Assembly (NCBI GenBank): GCA_963794325.1
Contig: CAWCDG010000004.1
Location: 1,906,636 to 1,970,635, forward strand
Direction of reading: 5' to 3'
DNA: 64,000 nucleotides
Source of the DNA: an uncultured delta proteobacterium
Lineage (GTDB): Bacteria; Desulfobacterota; Binatia; Binatales; Binataceae
Position 1 is the stretch's first letter; every line of letters starts with the position of its first letter. A program made the translations under genes and the position numbers. The notes under the pieces were generated by a model. That model was given only the letters and a program-made list of their open reading frames with translations. It was not told the DNA's origin and made no database searches. Positions 36,328 through 48,210 of the stretch are shown piece by piece.

Positions 36328-36439
36328 AAGCCACGGCTCCGACGCAAAGCGGATAGACGGTAGACCGATTGCGTCATAGCGGCGTACAAGGCGAATGAAA
36401 TTCCATCAATCTTGTCTGAAGTTCTTGCCGTAACCCCGA

Positions 36440-36455
36440 TGGCACAGGTATAGCA
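36440..36455 (+). promoter_or_regulatory. candidate sigma-54 (-24/-12) promoter
   Basis: TGGCACaggtaTAGCA versus consensus TGGCAC-N5-TTGCW. GG at 36441-42 and GC at 36453-54 have canonical spacing, with one mismatch in the -12 element. It lies ~60 nt upstream of ATG 36516. rpoN is encoded in this window. Confidence 0.45.
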
Positions 36456-36515
36456 ATACGTTCAATAGTCATTGCGGCCCATTAAGGGCCGCCCAGATCA
36501 AGGAGATCCACGAGT

Positions 36516-36797
36516 ATGAAGCGCACCCTATCAATCCTCTCCGCAGCGTTCTTCGCCACCGCGATGGCGATGCCGGCTTTCGCCCAGGCTCCGGCAGCGT
36601 CGCCTGCGGCTGAGGCCAGCATGGCGGCCCCGGCGGCAGAGGCCAGCATGGCGGCCCCGGCGGCAGATGCGTCGACGGCGACCACCAAGCATCATCACCG
36701 CCATCATCACAAGAAGACCACCAGCACCGACAGTGGTGCGATGGCTTCACCGGCGGCGGAAGCATCGCCGGCGATGGCTCCTCCGGCCAATCCGTAA
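36516..36797 (+). CDS. small secreted Ala/Pro-rich protein with His cluster
   Basis: 93 aa. Signal peptide MKRTLSILSAAFFATAMAMPAFAQA. Internal duplication AAEASMAAPAAEASMAAPAA. ..TTKHHHRHHHKKTT.. Confidence 0.7.
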   Translation: MKRTLSILSAAFFATAMAMPAFAQAPAASPAAEASMAAPAAEASMAAPAADASTATTKHHHRHHHKKTTSTDSGAMASPAAEASPAMAPPANP

Positions 36798-36979
36798 TCG
36801 TTTGACGGATAGTACGACAGGGCGACCGCATCAAGCGGCCGCCCTGTTTCGAATCGCCTGAAGTAGTTTTCGATCCATTCAGGGTCGGGGGGCGGAGTTG
36901 GCTCCGCCTCCGGCGATCGGTCTGTTGCGCGAAACCGGACTGTCCGGCTCGCGACGACAGGCACGACGCCTTTTTTTCG

Positions 36980-37014
36980 CGCGCAGCGTTGCAAAACACG
37001 CTGCGCGTTTTTTT
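36980..37014 (+). terminator. Rho-independent terminator
   Basis: CGCGCAGCGT (36980-89), 8-nt loop, ACGCTGCGCG (36998-37007), then T7 (37008-14). Confidence 0.8.
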
Positions 37015-37084
37015 GTAGCGAAAATTCCTGCTAACATCTGATTTCTTCCTGCGGGTATCGCGGGCCGCAGGGGAAACCAAGAAG

Positions 37085-37798
37085 TTGTATAGCTTTCGGC
37101 GTTCGAGCATTTGTCTGGTCGCACTGATTGCGCTGGTCCTCCAGTTGCCGATCAGCGCGCGCGCCAGCGCCAAGAGCAATTCCTCCGACGAGGAGGTTTG
37201 CGATCCGTTGGCGGATTACTTCCTCGGCATGGAAGACTACCCCGAAGCCATCCGCCGCCATCGTGTGGTGATACAAGATGATCCCGGCAACGCGCTGGCG
37301 CATTATCATTTGGGATTTGCGTACGGCGTCGTCGGCGAGCATCGCCAGGAACTCGCCGAGTATCAAAAGGCGATCGATCTTGGCCTCGACGATTGGCAGT
37401 TGTTCCTGAATCTCGGCCTGCTCTATCTCGAAGGCGGTCAGACTCGCGATGCGACTCAAGTGCTGAGGCTGGCCGCGCTGCTCGGACCAGAGCGGCCGGA
37501 GACGCATTTCAATCTGGCGCTCGCATACGAGCGTCGCGGGGCACTCGCACAAGCAGAGCAGGAAGCGCTACTCTCGCTCCAGATCGATCCGAGTCAACCG
37601 GATGCGCGCAACACACTCGGCGCAATTTACGCCGAAGAGGGCAAGTACGTCAGAGCGAGCCAGGAATGGAACGAGCTGGTTGGCGAGATTCCCGATTACA
37701 CGCCGGCGCGGACCAACCTGGCGATTCTGCAACACGTCCAAAGCAGTGGCGGCTCGAAGAGCGCGGCTGAACCAAGCGCGTTTATTCGCAATCCCTGA
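37085..37798 (+). CDS. tetratricopeptide-repeat (TPR) protein, secreted
   Basis: 237 aa. Signal peptide (..LVALIALVLQLPISARASA). Repeated ..A..HY.LGFAY...G....A...Y.KAI.L.. TPR units. TTG start. Confidence 0.75.
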   Translation: MYSFRRSSICLVALIALVLQLPISARASAKSNSSDEEVCDPLADYFLGMEDYPEAIRRHRVVIQDDPGNALAHYHLGFAYGVVGEHRQELAEYQKAIDLGLDDWQLFLNLGLLYLEGGQTRDATQVLRLAALLGPERPETHFNLALAYERRGALAQAEQEALLSLQIDPSQPDARNTLGAIYAEEGKYVRASQEWNELVGEIPDYTPARTNLAILQHVQSSGGSKSAAEPSAFIRNP

Positions 37799-37892
37799 GC
37801 GCGGCGAATCGGACTAAGGCGGACGACCAAGGCAGGTGGCGGAATTGGGGAAGTGGTGGAATTTGTGCGGGTGGATACGGGGGTTGGTTAAT

Positions 37893-39146
37893 TTGAAATC
37901 TACAAACTGGATCGCCCTGGCAGCGATGTTGAGCGTAGCGGTTTTGCTCGCGGCTGCGCCGGCGGATGCGACGGCGCAATGGCGCCGGGTGCATAAGAGC
38001 ACTCATTCGAAGCATGCGGCCAGGGCGGCAACTTCCGGCGGGGCTAACTACAAGGGCGCGCTGCTCGAGGATGCGGACAGCGGCCGCGTGCTGATGGCCT
38101 ACAACGCCGATATGGAATGGCCGCCGGCCTCGATGGCCAAGATGATGAATCTGCTGATCGCGCAGGAGCAGATCAACGCGGGCCATTTCAGCGGCAATGA
38201 CCCGGTCAGGATTTCTGAACGCGCCGCGCATACCGGCGGCTCGCGGGTCGGCCTCAAGGAGGGCGACGTTTATCCACTGCGCGAACTGATGAAGGCGGCG
38301 TTGGTAAAATCGGCCAACGATGCCGCCGTCGCCGTCGCGGAGAAGATCGGCGGCTCAGTCGAGGCGATGGTGCGCATGATGAATCAGCGGGCGCATCAAC
38401 TCGGCATGAACCATACCGAGTATCAGACGGTCGACGGACTGCCGCCGCGTCCGACTCACGATGCGGATCGCACGACCGCCTACGACCTTGCGATTGTAGG
38501 CCGCGCGATAATCCGCGAGACCAACCTGCTGATGTGGTCCGGTCAGGAGCACATGGATTTCGACAACGGCGTCTGCATCCTGAACAACACCAATCATCTG
38601 ATCGGGCATTTCGAAGGATGCGACGGGCTCAAGACCGGGTTTACGTACCAAGCGGGATTCAATGTTACGACCACGGCCAAGCGCGGCGACATGCGGTTGA
38701 TCGCGGTGATTCTTGGCGCGCCGTCGAATGCGCAGCGTTTTGCGCAGGCGGCGAAACTGATGGAATGGGGCTTCGATCGATTCACCTCGGTGGCGCTGCT
38801 GAAGTCGGGCCAGCCGCTTCCGGTTCACGTGCAGGTTCATGAGGGTCCGCTCATTCAGCCGGTCGCGGCGAGCGATCTCAAGATGGTGGTGCCGAAGTCC
38901 GACGCTGCCGCGGTAAAGCTCGTCTACGATGTAGCCCCGGCGATCGACGGCCCGGTCACGACCGGCGAACCGTTAGGGCGAGTGATCGCGCAGGACGAGG
39001 GACAAGCAGCAACCGAAGTGGTGGCAATCAGCCCGATCGCATTCACCGCACCGCACACATTAGGGGGCGAGGCGTATAACGCGTCCGCGCCGCCGTCGAA
39101 CGATCCGAGTCAGCAGTCGAACGATCCACCCCAGGAGAAACAATGA
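37893..39146 (+). CDS. D-alanyl-D-alanine carboxypeptidase (PBP5/6-type, peptidase S11)
   Basis: The SxxK motif (PPASMAKMMN), ..SANDAAVAVAE.., ..LKTGFT.. Preferred start is TTG 37893, which gives MKSTNWIALAAMLSVAVLLAAAPADA. The track ORF starts at 37836. Confidence 0.85.
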   Translation: MKSTNWIALAAMLSVAVLLAAAPADATAQWRRVHKSTHSKHAARAATSGGANYKGALLEDADSGRVLMAYNADMEWPPASMAKMMNLLIAQEQINAGHFSGNDPVRISERAAHTGGSRVGLKEGDVYPLRELMKAALVKSANDAAVAVAEKIGGSVEAMVRMMNQRAHQLGMNHTEYQTVDGLPPRPTHDADRTTAYDLAIVGRAIIRETNLLMWSGQEHMDFDNGVCILNNTNHLIGHFEGCDGLKTGFTYQAGFNVTTTAKRGDMRLIAVILGAPSNAQRFAQAAKLMEWGFDRFTSVALLKSGQPLPVHVQVHEGPLIQPVAASDLKMVVPKSDAAAVKLVYDVAPAIDGPVTTGEPLGRVIAQDEGQAATEVVAISPIAFTAPHTLGGEAYNASAPPSNDPSQQSNDPPQEKQ

Positions 39147-39268
39147 AGGTAGCCTCGAAACAGAGAAACCGGCGCAATCGCAAACTGGCGCGTAAGAAAA
39201 AGAGCGATCCGCATCAGGCAAAATCCCGGTTGCGGAAGATGCGGCGCACGAGAATCCGCGGCAAGTAG
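39143..39268 (+). CDS. candidate 41-aa highly basic small protein, translationally coupled to the carboxypeptidase gene
   Basis: MKVASKQRNRRNRKLARKKKSDPHQAKSRLRKMRRTRIRGK*. The ATG overlaps the upstream stop (caATGAagg), and AGGAGA lies 7 nt upstream. It is below the 60-aa cutoff of the ORF track. Confidence 0.4.
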   Translation: MKVASKQRNRRNRKLARKKKSDPHQAKSRLRKMRRTRIRGK

Positions 39269-39352
39269 TTTCGCGCGAGCGTTTGCGATATGGCTTTGAT
39301 GGGCGGCTCTTTCGGGCCGCTCGTTCATTTGTGATGAGCGAAACCTCCAGCC

Positions 39353-40153
39353 ATGTTTACACCTCAGCAGCGCGAAGAATTCGATCGGTCGGGCATCGTG
39401 CGCGTCCCTGGCGCGATTGCGTCCCGCGATGCTGCGAAGATGTGCGACCGGGTCTGGGACACCCTCGGCCGGCGATTCAAGATCCGCAGAGATGACCCTG
39501 GTACCTGGGGTGCTCGGCGGGTAGCCGGCTTTCATGATTTGTCGAAGGCTGAGAACTTCGCAGAAATCGCCAGTCCGGTGATTTGCGAGGCGCTCGATAA
39601 CCTCATGGGGGAGCGCAACTGGCAAAGGCCGGAACGATGGGCCTCTCTGCTCGTCACCTTCCCCGTATCCACCGAGCGATGGGACGTTCCTCATAAGGCT
39701 TGGCATCTGGATTTTCCGGCGCCGTCGCACGTGCAAGAACTCTTCGCCGTGCGGATCTTCGTGTGCTTGGCAAAGTTGCGGCCGGCAGGCGGAGGCACGC
39801 TCTTTCTCGAGGGATCGCATCGGCTCGTGCAGGATCTTGCGGACAAGGAAACGGCCGGGAAACTGCGATCGGCCGAGGCGCGCGAGGGCCTGATTCGCAA
39901 TTATCCGTGGGTGAAGGGACTGTGCTCTTTCGATGAGAAGGTCGATCGCGTGCAGGAGTTCATTAAAGGTGGCGCCGAGATCGGCGACGTCAATGTTCGC
40001 GTGATCGAGATGACGGGCGAAGCGGGCGACGTCTTCATGACGCATCCGCTGATGCTGCACGCGGGATCGACGAACTGCGCGCAGGATCCGCGCCTGGTGT
40101 TGTCGAGCACAGTGTATCGCTCAGGAGTAAGCGTGCCCGCGCTTTACCAATAG
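39353..40153 (+). CDS. phytanoyl-CoA dioxygenase (PhyH) family Fe(II)/2-oxoglutarate oxygenase
   Basis: 266 aa. ..FDRSGIVRVPGAI.., ..WHLDFP.. (His-x-Asp), ..LFLEGSHRL.., ..HPLMLHAGSTN.. Confidence 0.75.
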   Translation: MFTPQQREEFDRSGIVRVPGAIASRDAAKMCDRVWDTLGRRFKIRRDDPGTWGARRVAGFHDLSKAENFAEIASPVICEALDNLMGERNWQRPERWASLLVTFPVSTERWDVPHKAWHLDFPAPSHVQELFAVRIFVCLAKLRPAGGGTLFLEGSHRLVQDLADKETAGKLRSAEAREGLIRNYPWVKGLCSFDEKVDRVQEFIKGGAEIGDVNVRVIEMTGEAGDVFMTHPLMLHAGSTNCAQDPRLVLSSTVYRSGVSVPALYQ

Positions 40154-40190
40154 CGGCGGCGAGTCTTGAGCGGAGCAATTCGCTGGTGGC

Positions 40191-41123
40191 TCATTCTGTC
40201 GGTTGCGTATTCTCTCGAAGCGTTGATTTCCTCTGGTGCTCGAAAGGATCGGTGATTTTTTCCCAGGTTCGATCGCGATCGAGAATGGCGTCTTGAATCG
40301 CTTTGCGGCGGCGCTGGAGGTAGCCGTTGCGCACCGCGGCGTAGAGGTCGAGCGATGTGTCCTCGACGTCGTCATACAGCTTCATGTTGTTGGCGCGTTC
40401 GTTGATTCTTTGCGCGGCAGCGCGGCCAATGTCGGCGCCGAGCGGGGTGACGAACCACGAGAGAGGGTCCATGAATGAGTCAGCGGCGAAGCCGAACGCG
40501 TCGCGCACGTCGAGCGGCGGCAACAGCGGCAATACCAGGTAAGGCCCGGGCTTCACGCCATAAACGGCAAAGGTCTCGCCGGAGTCGGCGTCACTTTTCT
40601 CGAGACCTATGCGCGAGGCGACGTCGAACAATCCCGCAACGCCGACTGTCGTGTTGACCACAAAGCGCGTGAGCTCGATGCCAGCGCTGGGCAGCCTGCC
40701 CTGGAAGACCTTGTTAACGAACCGCCTCGGCATCGCGAGGTTGTAGAATGCGTTCGCCAGACTTTCCCGCATCTGATCTGGCAGCCGGGACCAAACCTTG
40801 GCGGCCGGCTTTATCGCGTAGTGGTCGGCGAGATTAAAATTGAAGTAGAAGGTCTTGTCGTTGAACGACTCCCACGGATCGTAATCCATCCCCTCGCTTG
40901 GAGACGGCATATCTGAAGCGAGGGCCGCGCGCGCTTGCGCATCGGATACTCGCGAAGCGTCACGCTGGCCGGAACATCCGACCAAACTGATGATGACGAC
41001 CGATAGAATCGCGAAACCGAGCAACAGTACCAGGCGCCCATGTGGAGAGTCTGTGTAGGTTGCTGATTTTCCGCGCCCCGCGAAGGGTTTGGGAGTGTTA
41101 TGAAGAGTTTGAAACTCCATCAC
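40191..41123 (-). CDS. MlaA/VacJ-family lipoprotein
   Basis: Lipobox (..IISLVGCSG). ..DPWESFNDKTFYFNFNLADHYAIKPAAKVW..FVVNTTVGVAGLFDVAS..FAVYGVKPGPYLVLPLLPP..RD.. 4-nt overlap with the upstream permease gene. Confidence 0.85.
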   Translation of the reverse strand: MMEFQTLHNTPKPFAGRGKSATYTDSPHGRLVLLLGFAILSVVIISLVGCSGQRDASRVSDAQARAALASDMPSPSEGMDYDPWESFNDKTFYFNFNLADHYAIKPAAKVWSRLPDQMRESLANAFYNLAMPRRFVNKVFQGRLPSAGIELTRFVVNTTVGVAGLFDVASRIGLEKSDADSGETFAVYGVKPGPYLVLPLLPPLDVRDAFGFAADSFMDPLSWFVTPLGADIGRAAAQRINERANNMKLYDDVEDTSLDLYAAVRNGYLQRRRKAIQDAILDRDRTWEKITDPFEHQRKSTLRENTQPTE

Positions 41124-42226
41124 GAGTGAGCGTCGCCTCCGTAGCGGAAGAGCCGCAATGCGATCAGGAAACTCCCGAGGCCGTAAGCAGCGAGCACGAG
41201 CAGCTCGGTCGAAATTGCGACCAGGCTTTTGTCACGCAGCATCACGTCCTGCAGTGCGGACATCGACCAGGTGGTGATGAGCGCGTTCGAGACGTGCTGC
41301 ATCAACTTCGGCAGGTCATACAACGGCCAGAACAATCCGCCGAGCGAGGCGAGCACGAACGCCACCGCCAGACCAACCGGGATCGCCTGCTCGCGGGTTC
41401 GCACGAAGGAGGCAACGACGGCGGCGAAACAGGTCATCGAGGCGACCACCGCCGTCGCCACCAGGACCATCGCGACGGGTGAATGCCCGAGCCTGAGGCC
41501 GTACACGAAATGTCCGAATACCAGCAGCAGTAGTAGTTGCGCCGTGCCGACGACCAGCCGCGCGAGCAACTTTCCGCCGAGCAGAGATGCCAGCGGCACC
41601 GGCGCGACCGAGAGCCGCGCGCTCGTGCCCCATACTTCCTCCTCGCGCAGCGCCAGCGACACGCTGAAGATGAGAGTGAGCAGGACGAACATCAGACTGA
41701 AGCCCGGGATATTTTGCTCGAGCGATGAGAACGAGACGTTGTCGCCGGTGATGTTGCGCTCCTTCACGCTCAGCAATTCCTGGCTGAACGGATCGCCGAG
41801 CGACGCGGTCTCGCGATCGGCCAGCAGCATCACCACTTTGATCGCCTCGAGCTCCCGCCACTGCGCGGGATCGGTCAGCATTTCAACGGTCGAGGGCTTC
41901 TGCGCGAGATAACGCTTGCTCAATTCAGGCGGCAGGATGAGCGCGGCAGGAGCGTCGTTGGACTCGGCGACCAGATGATGCGCCGTCGCGCGGGAAACTA
42001 CGCGCACGTCGAGATGCTCGCGAAAGGCGCGGATCAGCGCGGTTGCGACGGGGCCCTGATCCTCGTTGACGACGGGGAACAAAATGCTCTTGCTGCCGTC
42101 GCCGGATTGAGTGGCGGATGCGACCACCATTATCACCACGATTGGGACGATCAGCAGCGCTATCAGGCCGAAACGGTCGCGGCATATGAGCCGGAGGTCT
42201 TTCAGCATCATGGCAGCGGTCTTCAT
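41120..42226 (-). CDS. ABC-2-type transporter permease
   Basis: 368 aa. One N-terminal TM helix, a large ~150-aa extracytoplasmic loop, then 5 TM helices (..NIPGFSLMFVLLTLIFSVS..), typical of the ABC-2 (YbhR/YhhJ-like) family. Confidence 0.8.
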   Translation of the reverse strand: MKTAAMMLKDLRLICRDRFGLIALLIVPIVVIMVVASATQSGDGSKSILFPVVNEDQGPVATALIRAFREHLDVRVVSRATAHHLVAESNDAPAALILPPELSKRYLAQKPSTVEMLTDPAQWRELEAIKVVMLLADRETASLGDPFSQELLSVKERNITGDNVSFSSLEQNIPGFSLMFVLLTLIFSVSLALREEEVWGTSARLSVAPVPLASLLGGKLLARLVVGTAQLLLLLVFGHFVYGLRLGHSPVAMVLVATAVVASMTCFAAVVASFVRTREQAIPVGLAVAFVLASLGGLFWPLYDLPKLMQHVSNALITTWSMSALQDVMLRDKSLVAISTELLVLAAYGLGSFLIALRLFRYGGDAHS

Positions 42227-42819
42227 GACTGCGCCTCTGCGCCGGGGTTGCCGTATTTTCGCCGCATCAGCGTGAGCACGTCGTCGACGCTCGACCTTGA
42301 GAGCAGGTCGTTGAGCTGGCTGCCCAGGTTGGCGGTCAGGCTCACGTCTTCGACGGTGATCGAGGTCGCCATCCAGGTGTCGCCCACCGGTTTCAGGCGA
42401 TAGGTAACGTCGAATTGATCGCGCGGCGTGACGATTTTGGTATCGACGACGGCGCCCGCGCCGGTGGATTGCTCGTCCGGATAGACGAAGTTCGGATTAT
42501 CGAAGAGCAGAAGTTTCTGCACGTAGGTCCGCTGAAGAAGCTGGCGGAACAGACCGAGAAACTCCTTCTGCTGATCGGCCGTGAAGCTCGACCAGTGCGG
42601 CCCGAGCGCCTCGCGACCCATCGCGTCGGTATCCAGAAATTTGCTGAACAGGACTGACAGGGCAGTTAGCTTTTCATTGTGAGTCTGACTGCCCGCGACG
42701 ATGACTTTCGCCTGCTCGAGAGTCGTCCGTGTGTAATCGAGTGCGTCTCCAGCCCGAGCCGGCGCGGCCAGAAGCAGCAAGACCATCAGCGTGATCGACA
42801 GGGTACGCGTCGATTTCAA
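42223..42819 (-). CDS. MlaC/Ttg2D-family periplasmic lipid-binding protein
   Basis: ..FLDTDAMGREALGPHWSSFTADQQKEFLGLFRQLLQRTYVQKL..VTYRLKPVGDTWMATSITVEDVSLTANLGSQ.. Preferred start is TTG 42819, overlapping the ATPase stop (TTGA), which gives signal peptide (M)KSTRTLSITLMVLLLLAAPARA. Confidence 0.8.
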   Translation of the reverse strand: MKSTRTLSITLMVLLLLAAPARAGDALDYTRTTLEQAKVIVAGSQTHNEKLTALSVLFSKFLDTDAMGREALGPHWSSFTADQQKEFLGLFRQLLQRTYVQKLLLFDNPNFVYPDEQSTGAGAVVDTKIVTPRDQFDVTYRLKPVGDTWMATSITVEDVSLTANLGSQLNDLLSRSSVDDVLTLMRRKYGNPGAEAQS

Positions 42820-43838
42820 TCGCGAAGCTCCATTCCAGTGAGATGCAGGAAAAGATTTTCGAGGCTGAGCGGCGCAATCTTGATTCGCACGTTTTGATCG
42901 GAGCGATTGATAATTTTCTGAAGCGGCCACAGGTAATCAATGGCGCGCTTTACATAGAGCCGAACCGCGCCGTCGCCGCGCTCGATGCGGCTGACTCCGC
43001 CCAGGGCTTGCATCGCAGCCAGATCGATCCCGGGATGAAGTCCGCGCACCTCGATGATCTCCGCGAACTCCAGACCGCTCAGCAGCTGGTCGAGAGTGCC
43101 CGCGGCGACGAGCTTTCCTTCGCTCAGGATTCCCAGGCGATCGCACAGTCGTTCGGCCTCTTCCATGTAATGCGTGGTGTAGAGAATGGCGTTGCCGTCA
43201 TCGCGCAGGCCTTCGATGATTTTCAGGATCTGCTCGCGCGACTGCGGATCGACGCCGGCGGTCGGCTCGTCGAGCAGGATGAGTTTCGGCCGATGTACCA
43301 GCGAAACCGCGAGATTCAGGCGGCGCTTCATGCCGCCGGAAAATATGCCGACTTGGTTATTGCGGTGCGCTTCCAATCCCACCAGCGCCAGCAACTCGCC
43401 GATGCGATCGCGCAGATCGGATTCTCTCACTCCGTAGATGCGCCCGAAAAACTGGAGGTTCTCCGCCGCGGTGAGCGCTGGGTAAAGCGACACTTCCTGT
43501 GGCGCAAGACCAGACATCTGGCGAACGAGGTACGTCTCGTTGCGAGCGCTATGACCGAACAGCGTCGCATCTCCCGATGAGGGCGCGCGCTGCGTCGCGA
43601 GCATCGCGATCGTGGTAGTTTTGCCCGCGCCGTTGGGGCCCAGCAGGCCGAAAATCTCGCCCTCGGCGACTTCGAAATTCAATTCGCTGACAGCAGTCGT
43701 CGTGCCGTAACGCTTGGTCAGGCCGACAACGCGGAGCGCGATCGCTTTTTCTTTAGTTGGATCGTGCTCAACGAAAGTATCAACGCGAGCACCGGCATCG
43801 ATCCTTAAACTATTGCGTAATGCGGGGCTGGTTCGCAT
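42816..43838 (-). CDS. ABC transporter ATP-binding protein (ABC-2/DrrA-type)
   Basis: 340 aa. Walker A GPNGAGKTT, signature SGGMKRRL, Walker B LILLDEPT, and a ~100-aa C-terminal extension. Confidence 0.9.
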   Translation of the reverse strand: MRTSPALRNSLRIDAGARVDTFVEHDPTKEKAIALRVVGLTKRYGTTTAVSELNFEVAEGEIFGLLGPNGAGKTTTIAMLATQRAPSSGDATLFGHSARNETYLVRQMSGLAPQEVSLYPALTAAENLQFFGRIYGVRESDLRDRIGELLALVGLEAHRNNQVGIFSGGMKRRLNLAVSLVHRPKLILLDEPTAGVDPQSREQILKIIEGLRDDGNAILYTTHYMEEAERLCDRLGILSEGKLVAAGTLDQLLSGLEFAEIIEVRGLHPGIDLAAMQALGGVSRIERGDGAVRLYVKRAIDYLWPLQKIINRSDQNVRIKIAPLSLENLFLHLTGMELRD

Positions 43839-43966
43839 TTTGAATTTGCCTGCTGGAAAAAAATCGCGCGATTCGCGTGTTATCGGACAGTCGCGAACAA
43901 GAGAAGCACAGGGTGTGCCGTCCGGTTCGAGCTATTTGCTGGATATTCGCTTATTTCGCCGGCCGC

Positions 43967-44395
43967 CTATCCGTTTCTCCGGCGCGCTTGCACTCGGCCG
44001 TTGATTTGGACCGCGGATCGCCGAATCATTCGCGGCTTATCGCCGGGGCGTTTGTTTCTCTCCCAGCGGATAATCAATTCCCGCAAGCGGCGCGGATCGA
44101 TTCCCAAGGCACCGCATACGTCCTGGTAGGAAAAAGGGCCGTCTCCCTTGTCATAGAAAATCCAGAACTTGGCCTCTCTGTATTCCTGACGTCTACTGGG
44201 ACTCTTTGCTTCGAAATTGCGCTGAACACATCGCACCGCGTCAGCGAGGATACCGCCCATCAGACGCATGATTGGCTCGACTGAAGCTGAGCCGCGTCTT
44301 GCCGGGTAAAATTGCGCGGGCATGAGGGCGTCACCGCGAATTTCATCGCCCGTTGAACCAATCACCGAATCGATTTGTGTGACTGTATTATCCAT
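43967..44395 (-). CDS. hypothetical protein
   Basis: 142 aa from ATG 44395: MDNTVTQIDSV..ILADAVRCVQRNFE..FSYQDVCGALGIDPRRLRELIIRWERNK.. (possibly HTH-like). I recognise no family. The local sequence is AT-richer. Confidence 0.45.
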   Translation of the reverse strand: MDNTVTQIDSVIGSTGDEIRGDALMPAQFYPARRGSASVEPIMRLMGGILADAVRCVQRNFEAKSPSRRQEYREAKFWIFYDKGDGPFSYQDVCGALGIDPRRLRELIIRWERNKRPGDKPRMIRRSAVQINGRVQARRRNG

Positions 44396-44459
44396 TGGAT
44401 GACCTACCTTTGATGAGGTTACGAGTGATTCGGTTACAGGCGCGATTTGGCAATGAAAA

Positions 44460-44535
44460 GCCCACACGGCGGCGCAGTATCTGACTCAGGAGGGGGACAG
44501 AGAGAGGTGCCTCCGACCGTGTGGGCGATTTTTTT
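44460..44535 (+). terminator. orphan terminator-like structure (10-bp outer stem, inner stem, T7), possible 3' end of an unannotated + strand sRNA
   Basis: GCCCACACGG (44460-69) pairs with CCGTGTGGGC (44517-26). An inner stem TC(A)GGAGG/CCTCCGA is present. T7 at 44529-35. No + strand CDS lies upstream of it. Confidence 0.4.
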
Positions 44536-44814
44536 ATCAGTGCTTTATAGGGCTCGGACCCTCCGACCATGCAGGCGTGAAAAATGACCGCACAACTGGT
44601 GTTCCCCAAGTCGGAAGTGCCCAAGCCTGCCTGGCTAGCCGCAATTGGCCACGCTTTCGCAATTTGTCGAAGTAAACGGGCCGGGAGATCAGGAGTCTGA
44701 GGCTCGTCATCGGCACGAATTGTTAGCAATTTACGTCCGCGAAATTGACAAAGGTCGCGGCGGTCAGTTACCAATGTATGTGCCCCTCAGATCGTCATCC
44801 TCGAACAGTGGAGA

Positions 44815-48070
<3,256 letters not shown>

Positions 48071-48210
48071 TCAATCATCACACCGAGCCGGAACGAGATG
48101 ATAATCCCTGCATAGACAACTGCGGGCCTGGTGATAGCAAGGACAACGTCGTGTTTGAGGTCAGCAACGTAGTAAACACGACTGCACCTTGCGAAGAGTA
48201 AAATCAGATC

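Noticed and set aside
44646-44661. Second sigma-54-like site TGGCCACGCTTTCGCA upstream of kdsB.
   Set aside because: The GG/GC spacing is right but both half-sites deviate from consensus. It lies ~155 nt from a housekeeping gene not expected to be sigma-54-dependent. I left it uncalled pending a PWM scan.
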